From Gammaproteobacteria bacterium (GTDB lineage: Bacteria; Pseudomonadota; Gammaproteobacteria; SZUA-152), in assembly GCA_013152545.1 (NCBI GenBank), contig JAADGF010000068.1:27400-91399 (forward strand): a DNA stretch of 64,000 nt, read 5' to 3'. The notes beneath the pieces are model-generated. The model worked only from the letters and a program-made list of their open reading frames with translations. It ran no database searches and was not told where the DNA came from. Positions within the stretch are counted from its first letter, which is position 1. Each line of letters starts with the position of its first letter. Position numbers and translations under genes: made by a program. Below, piece by piece: positions 50,782 to 61,255 of this stretch.

Positions 50782-51836
50782 ACACACGCCGATTTCCGGC
50801 CGAATGGGAAACCCAAAGCGGTATTATGCTCACCTGGCCTCACCAACACAGCAATTGGCGTGGTATGCTCGCCGACGTTGAAGCTGTATTTACGACAATA
50901 AGCCGGCATGTCTGCGCGGTGGAAAACCTGTTAATTGTTGCATTTGATCACGCACACGTTAAGCACATTCAAGCCACCCTTAACAAGGCAAAGGTAAATT
51001 GTCAAAAAATAATATTTATCAGCGTACCAAGTAACGATATATGGGCGAGAGATCATGGACCTATTTGCGTACTGGAAAACAATCAGCCCGTCTTATTAGA
51101 TTTTATCTTTAATGGCTGGGGCGAAAAACATGCTGCTGAACTGGATAATAAAATTAGTCTTCATTTATTTAAAAATGATGCATTCGCCCATCACCCATTA
51201 GTGTCTGTTAATTTCGTCCTAGAAGGTGGCAGCATCGAAAGCAATGGTGATGGCACGCTATTAACCACGACGTGTTTATTATCCCGAATGCGCAACCCAG
51301 CAATGCAAAAACAAGACATTGAAGCCACACTCAAGGAGTTGTTAGGTGCTACACATATTCTCTGGCTAACACATGGTGAACTAATAGGTGACGACACCGA
51401 TGGGCATATTGATACGCTAGCGCGTTTTTGCGATGCAAATACTATTCTATACACCCAATGCCAGGATGAGCAAGACCCGCATTATCAATCTTTAGCAAAA
51501 ATGCACCACGAACTAACACAAATGCGCACCGCTGAGGGACAGGCCTATCAGTTAAAACCAATCCCATTACCACCAGCAGTATTCAACAAACACAATCACC
51601 GCTTACCAGCCACCTACGCCAACTTTCTCATTATCAACAATGCGGTACTATTACCAATTTACAACCTGGTCACTGACAACAAGGCAATCGATATTGTGCA
51701 ACAATGCTTCCCCGACCGGAATATAATACCAATCAATTGCCTGCCGTTGATCGAGCAGTATGGCAGCCTGCATTGTGTCACCATGCAATTTCCAGCTGAA
51801 GTATTTAACCTAAATTCATCAGTTGAGCACTTATAA
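50778..51836 (+). CDS. aguA: Agmatine deiminase / peptidylarginine deiminase family
   Basis: PAEWE, WARDHGP, EGGSIESNG, DDTDGHID and GSLHCVT. ATGA overlap with the upstream gene. Confidence 0.9.
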   Translation: MNTRRFPAEWETQSGIMLTWPHQHSNWRGMLADVEAVFTTISRHVCAVENLLIVAFDHAHVKHIQATLNKAKVNCQKIIFISVPSNDIWARDHGPICVLENNQPVLLDFIFNGWGEKHAAELDNKISLHLFKNDAFAHHPLVSVNFVLEGGSIESNGDGTLLTTTCLLSRMRNPAMQKQDIEATLKELLGATHILWLTHGELIGDDTDGHIDTLARFCDANTILYTQCQDEQDPHYQSLAKMHHELTQMRTAEGQAYQLKPIPLPPAVFNKHNHRLPATYANFLIINNAVLLPIYNLVTDNKAIDIVQQCFPDRNIIPINCLPLIEQYGSLHCVTMQFPAEVFNLNSSVEHL

Positions 51837-51865
51837 GTTTCACTGAATTTTTGAAACAATTGAAA

Positions 51866-52050
51866 CACACCCATAGCGTTTGAGATTCAGGTGAAAATAT
51901 GCGTCATCTTTATTTTATAGCACCAAAAATAGGCGCTTTTAGGCGAGGCAAAACGATGCGTAATCGTCGCTCTATAGCAAGACGTTTTAACAACGCAATG
52001 GAATAAATAGGGTATGCAATTAGACCCAAATCTTAAACGCTACGGGTATA
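51866..52050 (+). mobile_element. ERIC-like MITE family A, full-length (185 bp), between aguA and aguB
   Basis: CACACCCATAGCGTTTGAGATTCAGG ... CCCAAATCTTAAACGCTACGGGTATA. Confidence 0.85.
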
Positions 52051-52068
52051 TAATACAAAGAGTTGAAT

Positions 52069-52956
52069 ATGACGAAAAATTTAACAGTGGGCTTGGTACA
52101 ACACACTTGTTGCAACGATCCACAACAAAATCTTACCACAAGCATACACGGCATAGAACAAGCCGCAAAAAATGGTGCCCAGCTTATTGTGTTACCCGAA
52201 CTCCATCGCAACCATTATTTTTGTCAAACAGAAGATGCTGGAAATTTTGACTTGGCAGAGGCCATTCCTGGCCCAACGACAACAACACTTTCAGTACTGG
52301 CAAAACAACTAAAGGTTGTCATCATCGCCAGCTTGTTTGAACGCCGTGCGGTCGGGATGTATCACAACACAGCAGTGGTTATCGACACCGATAACGGCAT
52401 TGCCGGAATTTATCGAAAAATGCATATCCCCGATGACCCTGGTTATTATGAAAAATATTATTTCACCCCTGGAGATCTTGGCTTTACCCCAGTGAGCACC
52501 TCTATCGGCAAAATTGGGGTATTGGTTTGCTGGGATCAGTGGTTTCCCGAAGCCGCCCGAATTATGGCCTTGAGCGGTGCTGATATGCTTGTGATTCCCA
52601 CGGCGATTGGCTGGGATCAACAGGATGTTGACGCAGAAAAACAACGTCAGTACGACGCCTGGATAACAATTCAGCGCGCGCACGCCATCGCCAATGGTCT
52701 CCCCATTGCAGTATGCAATCGAACTGGCCATGAACCGGACCCTAACGGACGCTCGGACGGAATAACCTTCTGGGGGTCTAGCTTCGTGGCAGGACCACAA
52801 GGAGAGCTACTCACCCAGTGTCCATCCGATAAAACACTCGTTCAAACGACCATCGCCAATATTGAACGTAGCGAACAAGTCCGGCGCAACTGGCCCTACT
52901 TTCGTGATAGACGCATTGACGCCTATCGAGATATCCTGTTGCGCTACCGCGACTAA
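52069..52956 (+). CDS. aguB: N-carbamoylputrescine amidase (carbon-nitrogen hydrolase)
   Basis: Catalytic E-K-C in LPELH, YRKMHIPDDPGYYEKYYF and VCWDQWFPE. Confidence 0.9.
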   Translation: MTKNLTVGLVQHTCCNDPQQNLTTSIHGIEQAAKNGAQLIVLPELHRNHYFCQTEDAGNFDLAEAIPGPTTTTLSVLAKQLKVVIIASLFERRAVGMYHNTAVVIDTDNGIAGIYRKMHIPDDPGYYEKYYFTPGDLGFTPVSTSIGKIGVLVCWDQWFPEAARIMALSGADMLVIPTAIGWDQQDVDAEKQRQYDAWITIQRAHAIANGLPIAVCNRTGHEPDPNGRSDGITFWGSSFVAGPQGELLTQCPSDKTLVQTTIANIERSEQVRRNWPYFRDRRIDAYRDILLRYRD

Positions 52957-52998
52957 GGCATCCAGATAAGCTTCAATGACATGTTTTATTTTTGTTTT

Positions 52999-53280
52999 TT
53001 AAACGGACGTATTCGCACTCGCTACCACTTCGTCCTGTATTCCACCCGACGTATTACTACTCTCAGAGTCTTGTGAGTCTTGTCCAACAACACGCGTGGT
53101 TTGCACGCCACGAGGGCTTTCTGAAGCTTCAAACTGAACTTCCTGCCCTTCTTTTAACGTTTTAAAACCGGTACCATCAATCGTCGAATAGTGAACAAAC
53201 ACATCTTCACCACCACTTACTGGAACGATAAAACCATACCCTTTTGCATTGTTGAACCATTTTACTGTTCCTGACTGCAT
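52999..53280 (-). CDS. cspD: Cold-shock domain protein CspD-like
   Basis: [22 protein letters not shown] and FKTLKEGQ. Confidence 0.88.
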   Translation of the reverse strand: MQSGTVKWFNNAKGYGFIVPVSGGEDVFVHYSTIDGTGFKTLKEGQEVQFEASESPRGVQTTRVVGQDSQDSESSNTSGGIQDEVVASANTSV

Positions 53281-53990
53281 AATAATCAACCCCTGTCCAT
53301 GTACCAATTTTACTAAATAACAACGTAGTCGATAAACAACTTACACCCTGCTAAAGCAAGAAACGCTATCATTTAAATGACGACTAGACATTAACCTACA
53401 GGTTCAGGCAAACAACCGCAAACAAACAACTCTAACAAGCATTTTAATCAATGCTGATCCTGACCGACAACAACAAAGCTTGATCAGAGCGACCTACCGC
53501 AAAATTGTTTCACAATTGTAACCGCTGTCCATCACACACAAGTTACACATCAGCTAGAAGTTTTAATAGCATAACCCCAGTCAATCTCGCTAGCAACCAC
53601 CCAAACTCTAGTCAATTGTTTGCATGTTTGCAAACGATTTTACAGGTTTATACGAATTTTTATTACGCTTGGCCTAATAAAGATAAATTAAGAAGTTTTA
53701 TCAAATAAAACCATGAGTGAACGTAATAATATGGCTTATAATAATACGCAATACTAGAAAGATGTAACACTTTATTTTAACGCCGAAACAAACTTAGATT
53801 AAGTCTAACATCACACCCAAACACAACTTAGAACTCGTCTAAAAAAATAATGCAATAACACTATTTTTTACCTGTTATTCGTTGAGAAAAGCTCAATTTA
53901 AAAGCAGCCATAAACAATGCTGCAAACAATAAACGTAACCCGCCAGCCTACAAAAAAATACTCACTAAAAATTTTCTCAGGAAAAAATTA

Positions 53991-55121
53991 ATGATCATTA
54001 TACTTCAACCTAACATCGATCAATCCAGTGACATTTACAACAACGTGTTGCAACATTTATCTAACCTATCGAAAATTGAATTTAGAGTACATAACGTTGA
54101 AGGTGCCCACCAGACGCTTACAGAAATTTACCTCATTGGAGAAACAACCTCGATACCGTTGGAAAGCATCTCTGCACTCCCCGGTGTTGAGCGGGTAATT
54201 CGCATCGCAGATGAATACCGCCTCCTTGGACGCCACTATGATCACGCAAGGTCAACTTCATTTGAATACAACGGCATTGAATTCAGCCAGGAAAACCTAC
54301 ATGTTTTTGCCGGACTTTGCGCGGTTGATAATCGTGTCAATGTAGAGCGGATGATGAAAGCTTTAAAAGCAAACGGCCAGTCATGTACCCGCATGGGCGC
54401 CTACAAGCCTCGCACCAGCCCTTACTCTTTTCAAGGCCACGGCGCAAAGTGTTTACCTTATGTATTTGAACTGGCGGGCAAGTACGATATAAAAGTTATC
54501 GCGATGGAAATCACCCATGAAACACATTTGCTTGAAATACAAATGGCGTTGCAACAAACCGGTTACCCCACAGGTATCATGCTGCAGATCGGAACGCGCA
54601 ACACTCAGAACTTTGAACTACTTAAAGCTGTAGGAAAACAACAAACGTTTCCCGTGTTACTAAAACGCGGTTTTGGAATCACCCTTGAAGAATCACTCAA
54701 TGCGGCAGAATATTTGGCCAGTGAAGGAAACACTAAAATATTATTTGGGTTGCGTGGAATGAAAACCAATGCTGGTGACCCACATCGTAATCTGGTGGAT
54801 TTTGCACACGTACCCGTTGTCAAAAGGCTAACACGTATGCCGGTTTGCATTGACCCGTCACATTCCGCCGGTACACGAGCAGCTTCTTCTGATAGTATCC
54901 TGGAAATATGTCACGTCACAGCCCAAGGTATTATTGCTGGTGCCAATATGATTTTAGTCGACTTTCACCCCGACCCTGCCAACGCACTTGTGGATGGTGC
55001 CCAGGCGCTGCTATTACACGAGTTGCCATATTTTCTGGAAGATATCCAAATTGCCCGACAAGCCTATAAACAACGCTTAGCATTGGCCAATCGTTTTAGG
55101 AAAGAGCACAACATAACTTAG
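53991..55121 (+). CDS. Type I-beta DAHP synthase with N-terminal regulatory domain (divergent)
   Basis: YKPRTSPYSFQG, QIGTRNTQNFELL, LLKRG, DPSHSAG and HPDPANALVDG. Confidence 0.85.
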   Translation: MIIILQPNIDQSSDIYNNVLQHLSNLSKIEFRVHNVEGAHQTLTEIYLIGETTSIPLESISALPGVERVIRIADEYRLLGRHYDHARSTSFEYNGIEFSQENLHVFAGLCAVDNRVNVERMMKALKANGQSCTRMGAYKPRTSPYSFQGHGAKCLPYVFELAGKYDIKVIAMEITHETHLLEIQMALQQTGYPTGIMLQIGTRNTQNFELLKAVGKQQTFPVLLKRGFGITLEESLNAAEYLASEGNTKILFGLRGMKTNAGDPHRNLVDFAHVPVVKRLTRMPVCIDPSHSAGTRAASSDSILEICHVTAQGIIAGANMILVDFHPDPANALVDGAQALLLHELPYFLEDIQIARQAYKQRLALANRFRKEHNIT

Positions 55122-55320
55122 CAACAGCACGTGATCATCTGACATTTAATAGCTTGTATTCACTCAACAGAAATAAGTTATTGGGGTTTAACGCTTGCTG
55201 CTGACATGAACCACCATAAACAACTCTTTTTATACGTTAATTATTTTTCTGCCCGTTTCGCTGAAAATGATTATTTTCTAGCCTACACTTAAGAGACATT
55301 AGGCAATATTTACATCAATT

Positions 55321-55472
55321 GTAACGACTCAGCCTGACGACTTAAATGTTCAGTAACTGCTCAAATTGCCTTTGATTTGTTTGGAAACAAGGAAAAAGTG
55401 CAGTATCTAACCGTGTAAACAAGTATTTTTGACGCCATTATCAAACGAATCAAAAATAAGCTGACCAGTTAC
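55321..55472. mobile_element. MITE family C (152 bp, with a second internal left end at 55353)
   Basis: GTAACGACTCAGC ... TAAGCTGACCAGTTAC. Confidence 0.65.
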
Positions 55473-55555
55473 GCATAATGCATTGTTAACCCAATATTAA
55501 TTAATGATTGAGTTTACCGACGCATTGATTGCTCTCAACCAGCGAGGATACTGCT

Positions 55556-55861
55556 ATGCATAAATTTATCGACAAAACGTTACAATCACCCAATGCACTG
55601 CAAAATATTGGTGCAATAGACCGAATGGCTCGAATTATTATTGGCATTACATTGATTGGTGTTTTTTTCATTTTCAATGTTTCACCGCTAACACTATGGC
55701 TGGCAATATTGCCATTAATTGGAATTTTACCGCTAATATCCGGTATTTTAGGTTGGTGTCCAGTATATGCGCTGTTCCACACCAAATCCTGCGGCATGGA
55801 CGAACACAATGCTTGCGGCACATTGCCTTATCAACTTCAACGTTTGTTTCATCGCCACTAA
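55556..55861 (+). CDS. DUF2892 (YgaP-like) small membrane protein
   Basis: NIGAIDRMARII...GWCPVYAL...SC, with a GAGGA RBS. Confidence 0.85.
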   Translation: MHKFIDKTLQSPNALQNIGAIDRMARIIIGITLIGVFFIFNVSPLTLWLAILPLIGILPLISGILGWCPVYALFHTKSCGMDEHNACGTLPYQLQRLFHRH

Positions 55862-55873
55862 CAACAGATCTTT

Positions 55874-55906
55874 AGCGCACCTGAATCCCCAATCAGGTGC
55901 GCTTTT
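55874..55906 (+). terminator. Intrinsic terminator
   Basis: 11 bp stem AGCGCACCTGA-loop-TCAGGTGCGCT followed by TTT. Confidence 0.75.
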
Positions 55907-56094
55907 ACTGCTTCCACCAAACCCGCATCGGTTATATACCCATCGGTGGCTGGCCACTCACACAATATCGATTAAACCTAAGAAATCCTTCGCCTAAGTT
56001 AATCAATCACGCGGCAATTGCTCCTGCACAGCTCTTATCACCTGCACATACACTATGTTAGCAGCAGAGTAACGATTCAACGGACGTGTTAAGC

Positions 56095-56328
56095 TTATCT
56101 TTTTGCGCTATAAACTAATTGGATTTCACGAATTAATTTCACTAAAAATAATAATGGAAAAACCCCATGCCACAACAAGTCAAATATATCGATAAATTCA
56201 ACAAGCTGCCCTTGCATTAGCATAATTACCTTTTCCACCAGATGGGGTTGAGGCTGAAAAGGCGCAAACCCCAACACCAAGGCAGGCACTAACAATAACC
56301 AAATGGGTATTTTATCGAATAATTTCAT
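56095..56328 (-). CDS. Small conserved-looking 2-TM hypothetical protein
   Basis: LGFAPFQPQPHLVEK...IDIFDLLWHG pattern. Confidence 0.7.
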   Translation of the reverse strand: MKLFDKIPIWLLLVPALVLGFAPFQPQPHLVEKVIMLMQGQLVEFIDIFDLLWHGVFPLLFLVKLIREIQLVYSAKR

Positions 56329-56590
56329 TCCCAACGTTCCTAAACCAATGAATTGAATAAGATTATACCTTTTCAGTTATCGATAACGCTAATATCCACC
56401 CGTTAACAATGGTAAAAAAACCCTCGGTAAATCACTGATTTTATAAAAACGCCTGCATTTTTCTAAATAAATCTCTGTTAACAAGGTATAATCCCGGTCC
56501 CCGCTGCCCTAATAAATAAAACACAGGCAGCCCATTATATTAAAAAATGAATTAACACTGATTATTTAACTACCTAGGATTTAATGCCTG

Positions 56591-59395
56591 ATGCTAAACG
56601 AATCTCACGATCAATCATTGAGATCGCTGGTAAAATTGCTCGGCACACTATTGGGCGATGTACTGCGAACACAGGAAGGTGAAAATGTTTTTGATGCCGT
56701 TGAAACGCTCCGACAAGGTTATGTCAGTTTGCGTAAACAAGATAATGCAGCAGAAAGGCATCGACTCGAAAAATTAATTGAGAGCTTAAGTCCGGAAAAA
56801 CTCACTCACGTCGTACGCGCCTTCAGCATTTACTTTGGTTTGGTTAATATTGCCGAAGAAACGCACCTGAGTTATCTGCGCCATGAATCGAGCAAAGATG
56901 AAGGACCCAATTGGATTGGCTCCTTTGACAGAACACTTCAGCAATTGAAAGATTCAGGTATCAGCACTCAGCAATTACAGGTATTGCTCAACCAACTGCA
57001 CTACCACCCTGTTATTACCGCACATCCAACAGAATCAAAACGCCGCACAATACGCGACTTGTTACGCCGCATTACCTCCGTGAATAAGCGCTTAAATGAA
57101 AACAATTTAACCAAACATGAATACGATGACTGCCTTCAGCAATTCACCAATTTAATACAGGTATTGTGGAAAACCGACGAAGTACGTACCGATCGCCCCA
57201 AGGTTAAAGATGAAATTGCCTACGGTTTAACATATTTTAGCGAGTGTTTATTCGAAGCCGTACCGGCCACTTATCGTCAACTGGAAAATGCTATTGCCCG
57301 CACCTACGACAAACACAATGACGAAAATATACTACCATTAGTAAAGGTACCCAGCTTTTTACATTTTGGTTCCTGGGTTGGAGGGGACCGTGATGGCAAC
57401 CCCAATGTTACACCTAACACCAGCGTAACGGCCCTGTACCTGCAATCGCGCGCAGTGCTTGCTGAATATCTCGAACGCATACAAAACCTCATTGCCACAC
57501 TGACCCATTCGATAAAATTTTGTACCCCTTCAGACGAATTACTGCAAAGCCTCGAGCAAGGAAAATCCTACGTCAACCTACAAAATTTCGCCCAAGAACC
57601 CTATCGTCGTAAACTCGCTATCATACGCTATCAACTAAAACAAAACCTCGCCTATGTAAAAAATAGACTACAAAACCAAATACCAGCAGCAGAAGAAGAA
57701 TCCGTCACATTACACAAATATAAAAATGAACAAGCGTTCCTGGCTGATCTCTACCAAATTCGAGATTCACTGATCGCCCACGGTGATTTCAAAATTGCAA
57801 ACGAAGGCCTGCAGGATTTAATCCGCTTGGTAGAAACCTTCGGCTTTTACTTGTTACAGTTGGATATCCGGCAGGAATCAACACGCCATACCCAGGCGGT
57901 AACTGAAATACTCAAACAATACTCAATCGATTATGACAATCTAAACGAAGTCGCACGCTTAAAAATTCTGTCCCAGATAATATCCGAACCCACACCTAAG
58001 CAATTTGACATTGAAGCATTTAGCGACCAAACCAAAGAAACCCTGGAAGTATTGCAAGTCATTTCGCAGATGCGCGATGAACTTGGCGAAAAAGCTATTG
58101 GCAGTTATGTTATCTCCATGACCCACCAGGCAAGCCATATATTGGAAGTTATGATGCTTGCACACCATTTGAATTTAGCCGGCAAACACAACGAAAAATG
58201 GTTTTGCAATATTGCCATATCACCCTTATTTGAAACCATCGAAGACCTGGAGCACATTGAGCCGGTGATGACCAGCTTGCTGGATAACGAGGTTTATGCT
58301 GCATTGCTAACAGCATCTGGCAACTTACAGGAAGTTATGCTGGGTTATTCAGACTCCTGCAAAGACGGAGGAATTCTGGCATCAGCATGGAACCTTTACA
58401 AGGCACAGAAAAAAGTAACAGATTTAATGGGTTCGCGGGGCATTGCCAGTCGTTTGTTTCATGGCCGCGGCGGCACCATTGGTCGGGGCGGTGGCCCGAC
58501 GCATGATTCTATTCTGGCGCAACCGGAAGGAACAGTACACGGTCAGATAAAGCTTACCGAACAAGGCGAAGTACTGTCATTTAAGTATGCCAATGTTGAT
58601 ACGGCTATCTATGAATTAGGCATGGGCATCACTGGCTTGTTAATTGCCAGCAACAACTTAGTGGTAACCACGCAACCTGAGCGCAAGGATTATCTGGCCA
58701 TTTTAGATGAACTTGCCAATAACGGTGAACAAGCCTACCGCAAATTAACCGACAGTACAGAAGGTTTTCTGGATTATTTCTACGAAGCCACACCCGTTCC
58801 TGAAATAGGATTGATGAATATCGGCTCTCGCCCATCACACCGCAAAAAAGCTGACCGCTCCAAGTCATCGGTGCGGGCAATCGCCTGGGTATTTGGCTGG
58901 GCACAGTCCCGACACACCCTACCGGCGTGGTATGGCATAGGCACCGCCCTGGAGACTTGGCGCAACAATGATCCGTTACGATTGGTCAAACTGCAAAAAA
59001 TGTATCTGGAATGGCCATTTTTTCAAGCAATGCTCAGCAATACACAAATGGCATTATTTAAAGCGGAATTAGATATTGCACGGGAATATTCAAAGTTATG
59101 TGAAGACAAATCAACAGGCGAAACGATTTACCAGCTTATTCGAGAGGAGTATGAACGAACGACCGTGCAAATCTTAAATATCGTCGGACGTCAAACCCTA
59201 TTAGAAGATAACCAAGCTTTAGCATTATCGCTGACGCGACGGGACCCTTATCTCGACCCACTTAACTATATTCAAATGACCCTGTTAAAGCGCTATCGCA
59301 GCGACTCAATTAGCGATGAGGAAAAAGATATGTGGTTAAATCCATTATTACGTTCCATCAATGGCATCGCAGCCGGAATGCGCAATACCGGCTAA
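56591..59395 (+). CDS. ppc: Phosphoenolpyruvate carboxylase
   Basis: TAHPT, GGDRDGNP, MLGYSDSCKDGG, FHGRGGTIGRGGG and C-terminal MRNTG. Confidence 0.98.
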   Translation: MLNESHDQSLRSLVKLLGTLLGDVLRTQEGENVFDAVETLRQGYVSLRKQDNAAERHRLEKLIESLSPEKLTHVVRAFSIYFGLVNIAEETHLSYLRHESSKDEGPNWIGSFDRTLQQLKDSGISTQQLQVLLNQLHYHPVITAHPTESKRRTIRDLLRRITSVNKRLNENNLTKHEYDDCLQQFTNLIQVLWKTDEVRTDRPKVKDEIAYGLTYFSECLFEAVPATYRQLENAIARTYDKHNDENILPLVKVPSFLHFGSWVGGDRDGNPNVTPNTSVTALYLQSRAVLAEYLERIQNLIATLTHSIKFCTPSDELLQSLEQGKSYVNLQNFAQEPYRRKLAIIRYQLKQNLAYVKNRLQNQIPAAEEESVTLHKYKNEQAFLADLYQIRDSLIAHGDFKIANEGLQDLIRLVETFGFYLLQLDIRQESTRHTQAVTEILKQYSIDYDNLNEVARLKILSQIISEPTPKQFDIEAFSDQTKETLEVLQVISQMRDELGEKAIGSYVISMTHQASHILEVMMLAHHLNLAGKHNEKWFCNIAISPLFETIEDLEHIEPVMTSLLDNEVYAALLTASGNLQEVMLGYSDSCKDGGILASAWNLYKAQKKVTDLMGSRGIASRLFHGRGGTIGRGGGPTHDSILAQPEGTVHGQIKLTEQGEVLSFKYANVDTAIYELGMGITGLLIASNNLVVTTQPERKDYLAILDELANNGEQAYRKLTDSTEGFLDYFYEATPVPEIGLMNIGSRPSHRKKADRSKSSVRAIAWVFGWAQSRHTLPAWYGIGTALETWRNNDPLRLVKLQKMYLEWPFFQAMLSNTQMALFKAELDIAREYSKLCEDKSTGETIYQLIREEYERTTVQILNIVGRQTLLEDNQALALSLTRRDPYLDPLNYIQMTLLKRYRSDSISDEEKDMWLNPLLRSINGIAAGMRNTG

Positions 59396-59446
59396 GCCTC
59401 TAAATATTATCATTGATCAAATTTATATTCACGAAAAAAACAGGGG

Positions 59447-60310
59447 TTAAACGGCCAGATTATCGATTAAACGCGCCTCCCCTAACCAAGCAGCTGCCAG
59501 TACGCGCATGTTTTTAGTGCTCGTGGTGGCAGGTGTTAGTCGCGTGGCATCACAAATTTGAATATAATCCGGCTTAAAATCGAGATCGCTTAAATATTGT
59601 AATGATTGCTGCTCAATACACCGCAATTCATTATCTGATAGTGCATTGCTCAACCTTAGCGCCTTTATTCTCCGTACAATACCCAATAACACCTTATATA
59701 AATTTATCGCGTTTTCGTGCTGATCCTGCGTGAGATACTGATTACGCGAACTCATTGCCAACCCGCCTGACTCTCTGATTGTCTCAACCCCCAGAACCTT
59801 AGTTGCAAAACTCAAATCCGCTACCATGCGCTTTATAATGACTAATTGCTGGTAGTCTTTTTCCCCAAACACGGCCACATCCGGCTGTATGATATTAAAT
59901 AACTTGGTAACAATTGTTGTTACACCGTCAAAATGCCCGGGCCTAAACCGACCACATAAAACATTTGATAGTTCAGGCACTGATACTTTCGTCGTCGACT
60001 GTACTGCATTTGCAAATAGCGATTCAACCTCTGGGACAAAAACTGCGTCAATGCCATGCGAGACCAGCTTTTCAATATCATGATCCAAAGTGCGGGGATA
60101 ATTTTCAAAATCCGTACCCGGCACAAACTGTAATGGGTTAACAAAAACACTGACAACAACACGATCAGCGTTTTTCTTTGCAACATCGACCAAATGCAAA
60201 TGCCCACGATGTAAATTCCCCATCGTGGGTACCAGCGCCAGGGTCTCCCCAGCAACGCGCCATTGCCTCACTTGCGCCCGTATTCGTTGTATCGATTGAT
60301 GCTGCAACAT
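59447..60310 (-). CDS. panC: Pantoate-beta-alanine ligase
   Basis: PTMGNLHRGH, FGEKDYQQ, MSSRN and RLIDN. Confidence 0.97.
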   Translation of the reverse strand: MLQHQSIQRIRAQVRQWRVAGETLALVPTMGNLHRGHLHLVDVAKKNADRVVVSVFVNPLQFVPGTDFENYPRTLDHDIEKLVSHGIDAVFVPEVESLFANAVQSTTKVSVPELSNVLCGRFRPGHFDGVTTIVTKLFNIIQPDVAVFGEKDYQQLVIIKRMVADLSFATKVLGVETIRESGGLAMSSRNQYLTQDQHENAINLYKVLLGIVRRIKALRLSNALSDNELRCIEQQSLQYLSDLDFKPDYIQICDATRLTPATTSTKNMRVLAAAWLGEARLIDNLAV

Positions 60311-60335
60311 ATCAACTTAACTCGGTAAAAAACGA

Positions 60336-61136
60336 TCAGGACGTAAAACTCTGTTGTTTACTCGGAAAATCACCCTCTTTAATGGCTTGAGCATATGCCG
60401 CAATTGCTGCTTGAATACCATTGCTACCCTGTAAAAAATTCTGTGTAAAACGTGGTTGCTTACCCGGTGTAATACCTAACATATCCTGCAACACGAGTAC
60501 CTGACCATTGCAATGTGGACCAGCACCTATACCAATCACAGGAACATCCAGAGCAAGGGTGATTTCTTCAGCTAACAACATCGGCACACATTCCAGTAAC
60601 ACCATATCCGCCCCCGCTTTTTCCAGCGCAAGCGCATCTTCTAATATAATTTTCGCCGAGTATTTATCTCGGCCCTGCACTTTATAACCACCTAATTTAT
60701 GCACTGATTGTGGTTGCAAACCTAAATGGGCACAAACTGGAATACCAAAGGATGTCAGTTGCTTGATGGTATTCACAAGCGCCCGCCCTCCTTCAAGCTT
60801 AACAATATGCGCGCGCCCCTCTTTCATTAGACGACCAGCACTTTCAACTGCCTGCACTTCAGTGTTATAACTCATGAATGGCATGTCGGCCATAACTAAC
60901 GCATTGACGGCACCTCGACTAACAGCTTTAGTGTGATAAATCATTTCATCCAGGGTCACGGGCAAAGTACTTTCATGCCCTTGGATTACCATACTTAAGG
61001 AATCTCCCACCAGTAGGACCTCCACACCAGCCTCATCAATGATCTGTGCAAATATTGCATCATAGGCCGTTAGGCAGGCAAACCGATCACCAGCCTGCTT
61101 CATCGCTTTGAGGGTGGCTATCGTAATTTTTGACAT
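60336..61136 (-). CDS. panB: 3-methyl-2-oxobutanoate hydroxymethyltransferase
   Basis: LTAYD, LVGDSL, VKLEGG, HLGLQPQ and IGIGAG. Confidence 0.97.
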   Translation of the reverse strand: MSKITIATLKAMKQAGDRFACLTAYDAIFAQIIDEAGVEVLLVGDSLSMVIQGHESTLPVTLDEMIYHTKAVSRGAVNALVMADMPFMSYNTEVQAVESAGRLMKEGRAHIVKLEGGRALVNTIKQLTSFGIPVCAHLGLQPQSVHKLGGYKVQGRDKYSAKIILEDALALEKAGADMVLLECVPMLLAEEITLALDVPVIGIGAGPHCNGQVLVLQDMLGITPGKQPRFTQNFLQGSNGIQAAIAAYAQAIKEGDFPSKQQSFTS

Positions 61137-61255
61137 AAACTATCTCCGCACGTTGCTACCCTGTTGTCAGTATGCTTTGGTTTGGGTACGCTCTGGCTTC
61201 ACAAAAAATGGAATAAAACAAAACGGCAGTATTGACGCACTTATTATTCAGCCCG

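Noticed and set aside
55525-55538. FNR-like TTGAT-N4-CTCAA before the DUF2892 gene
   Set aside because: It has one mismatch, lies only about 18 bp from the start codon, and has no supporting promoter geometry.
55935-55945. TATACCCAT as another family A copy
   Set aside because: The match is only about 9 bp, with no continuation of the TIR.
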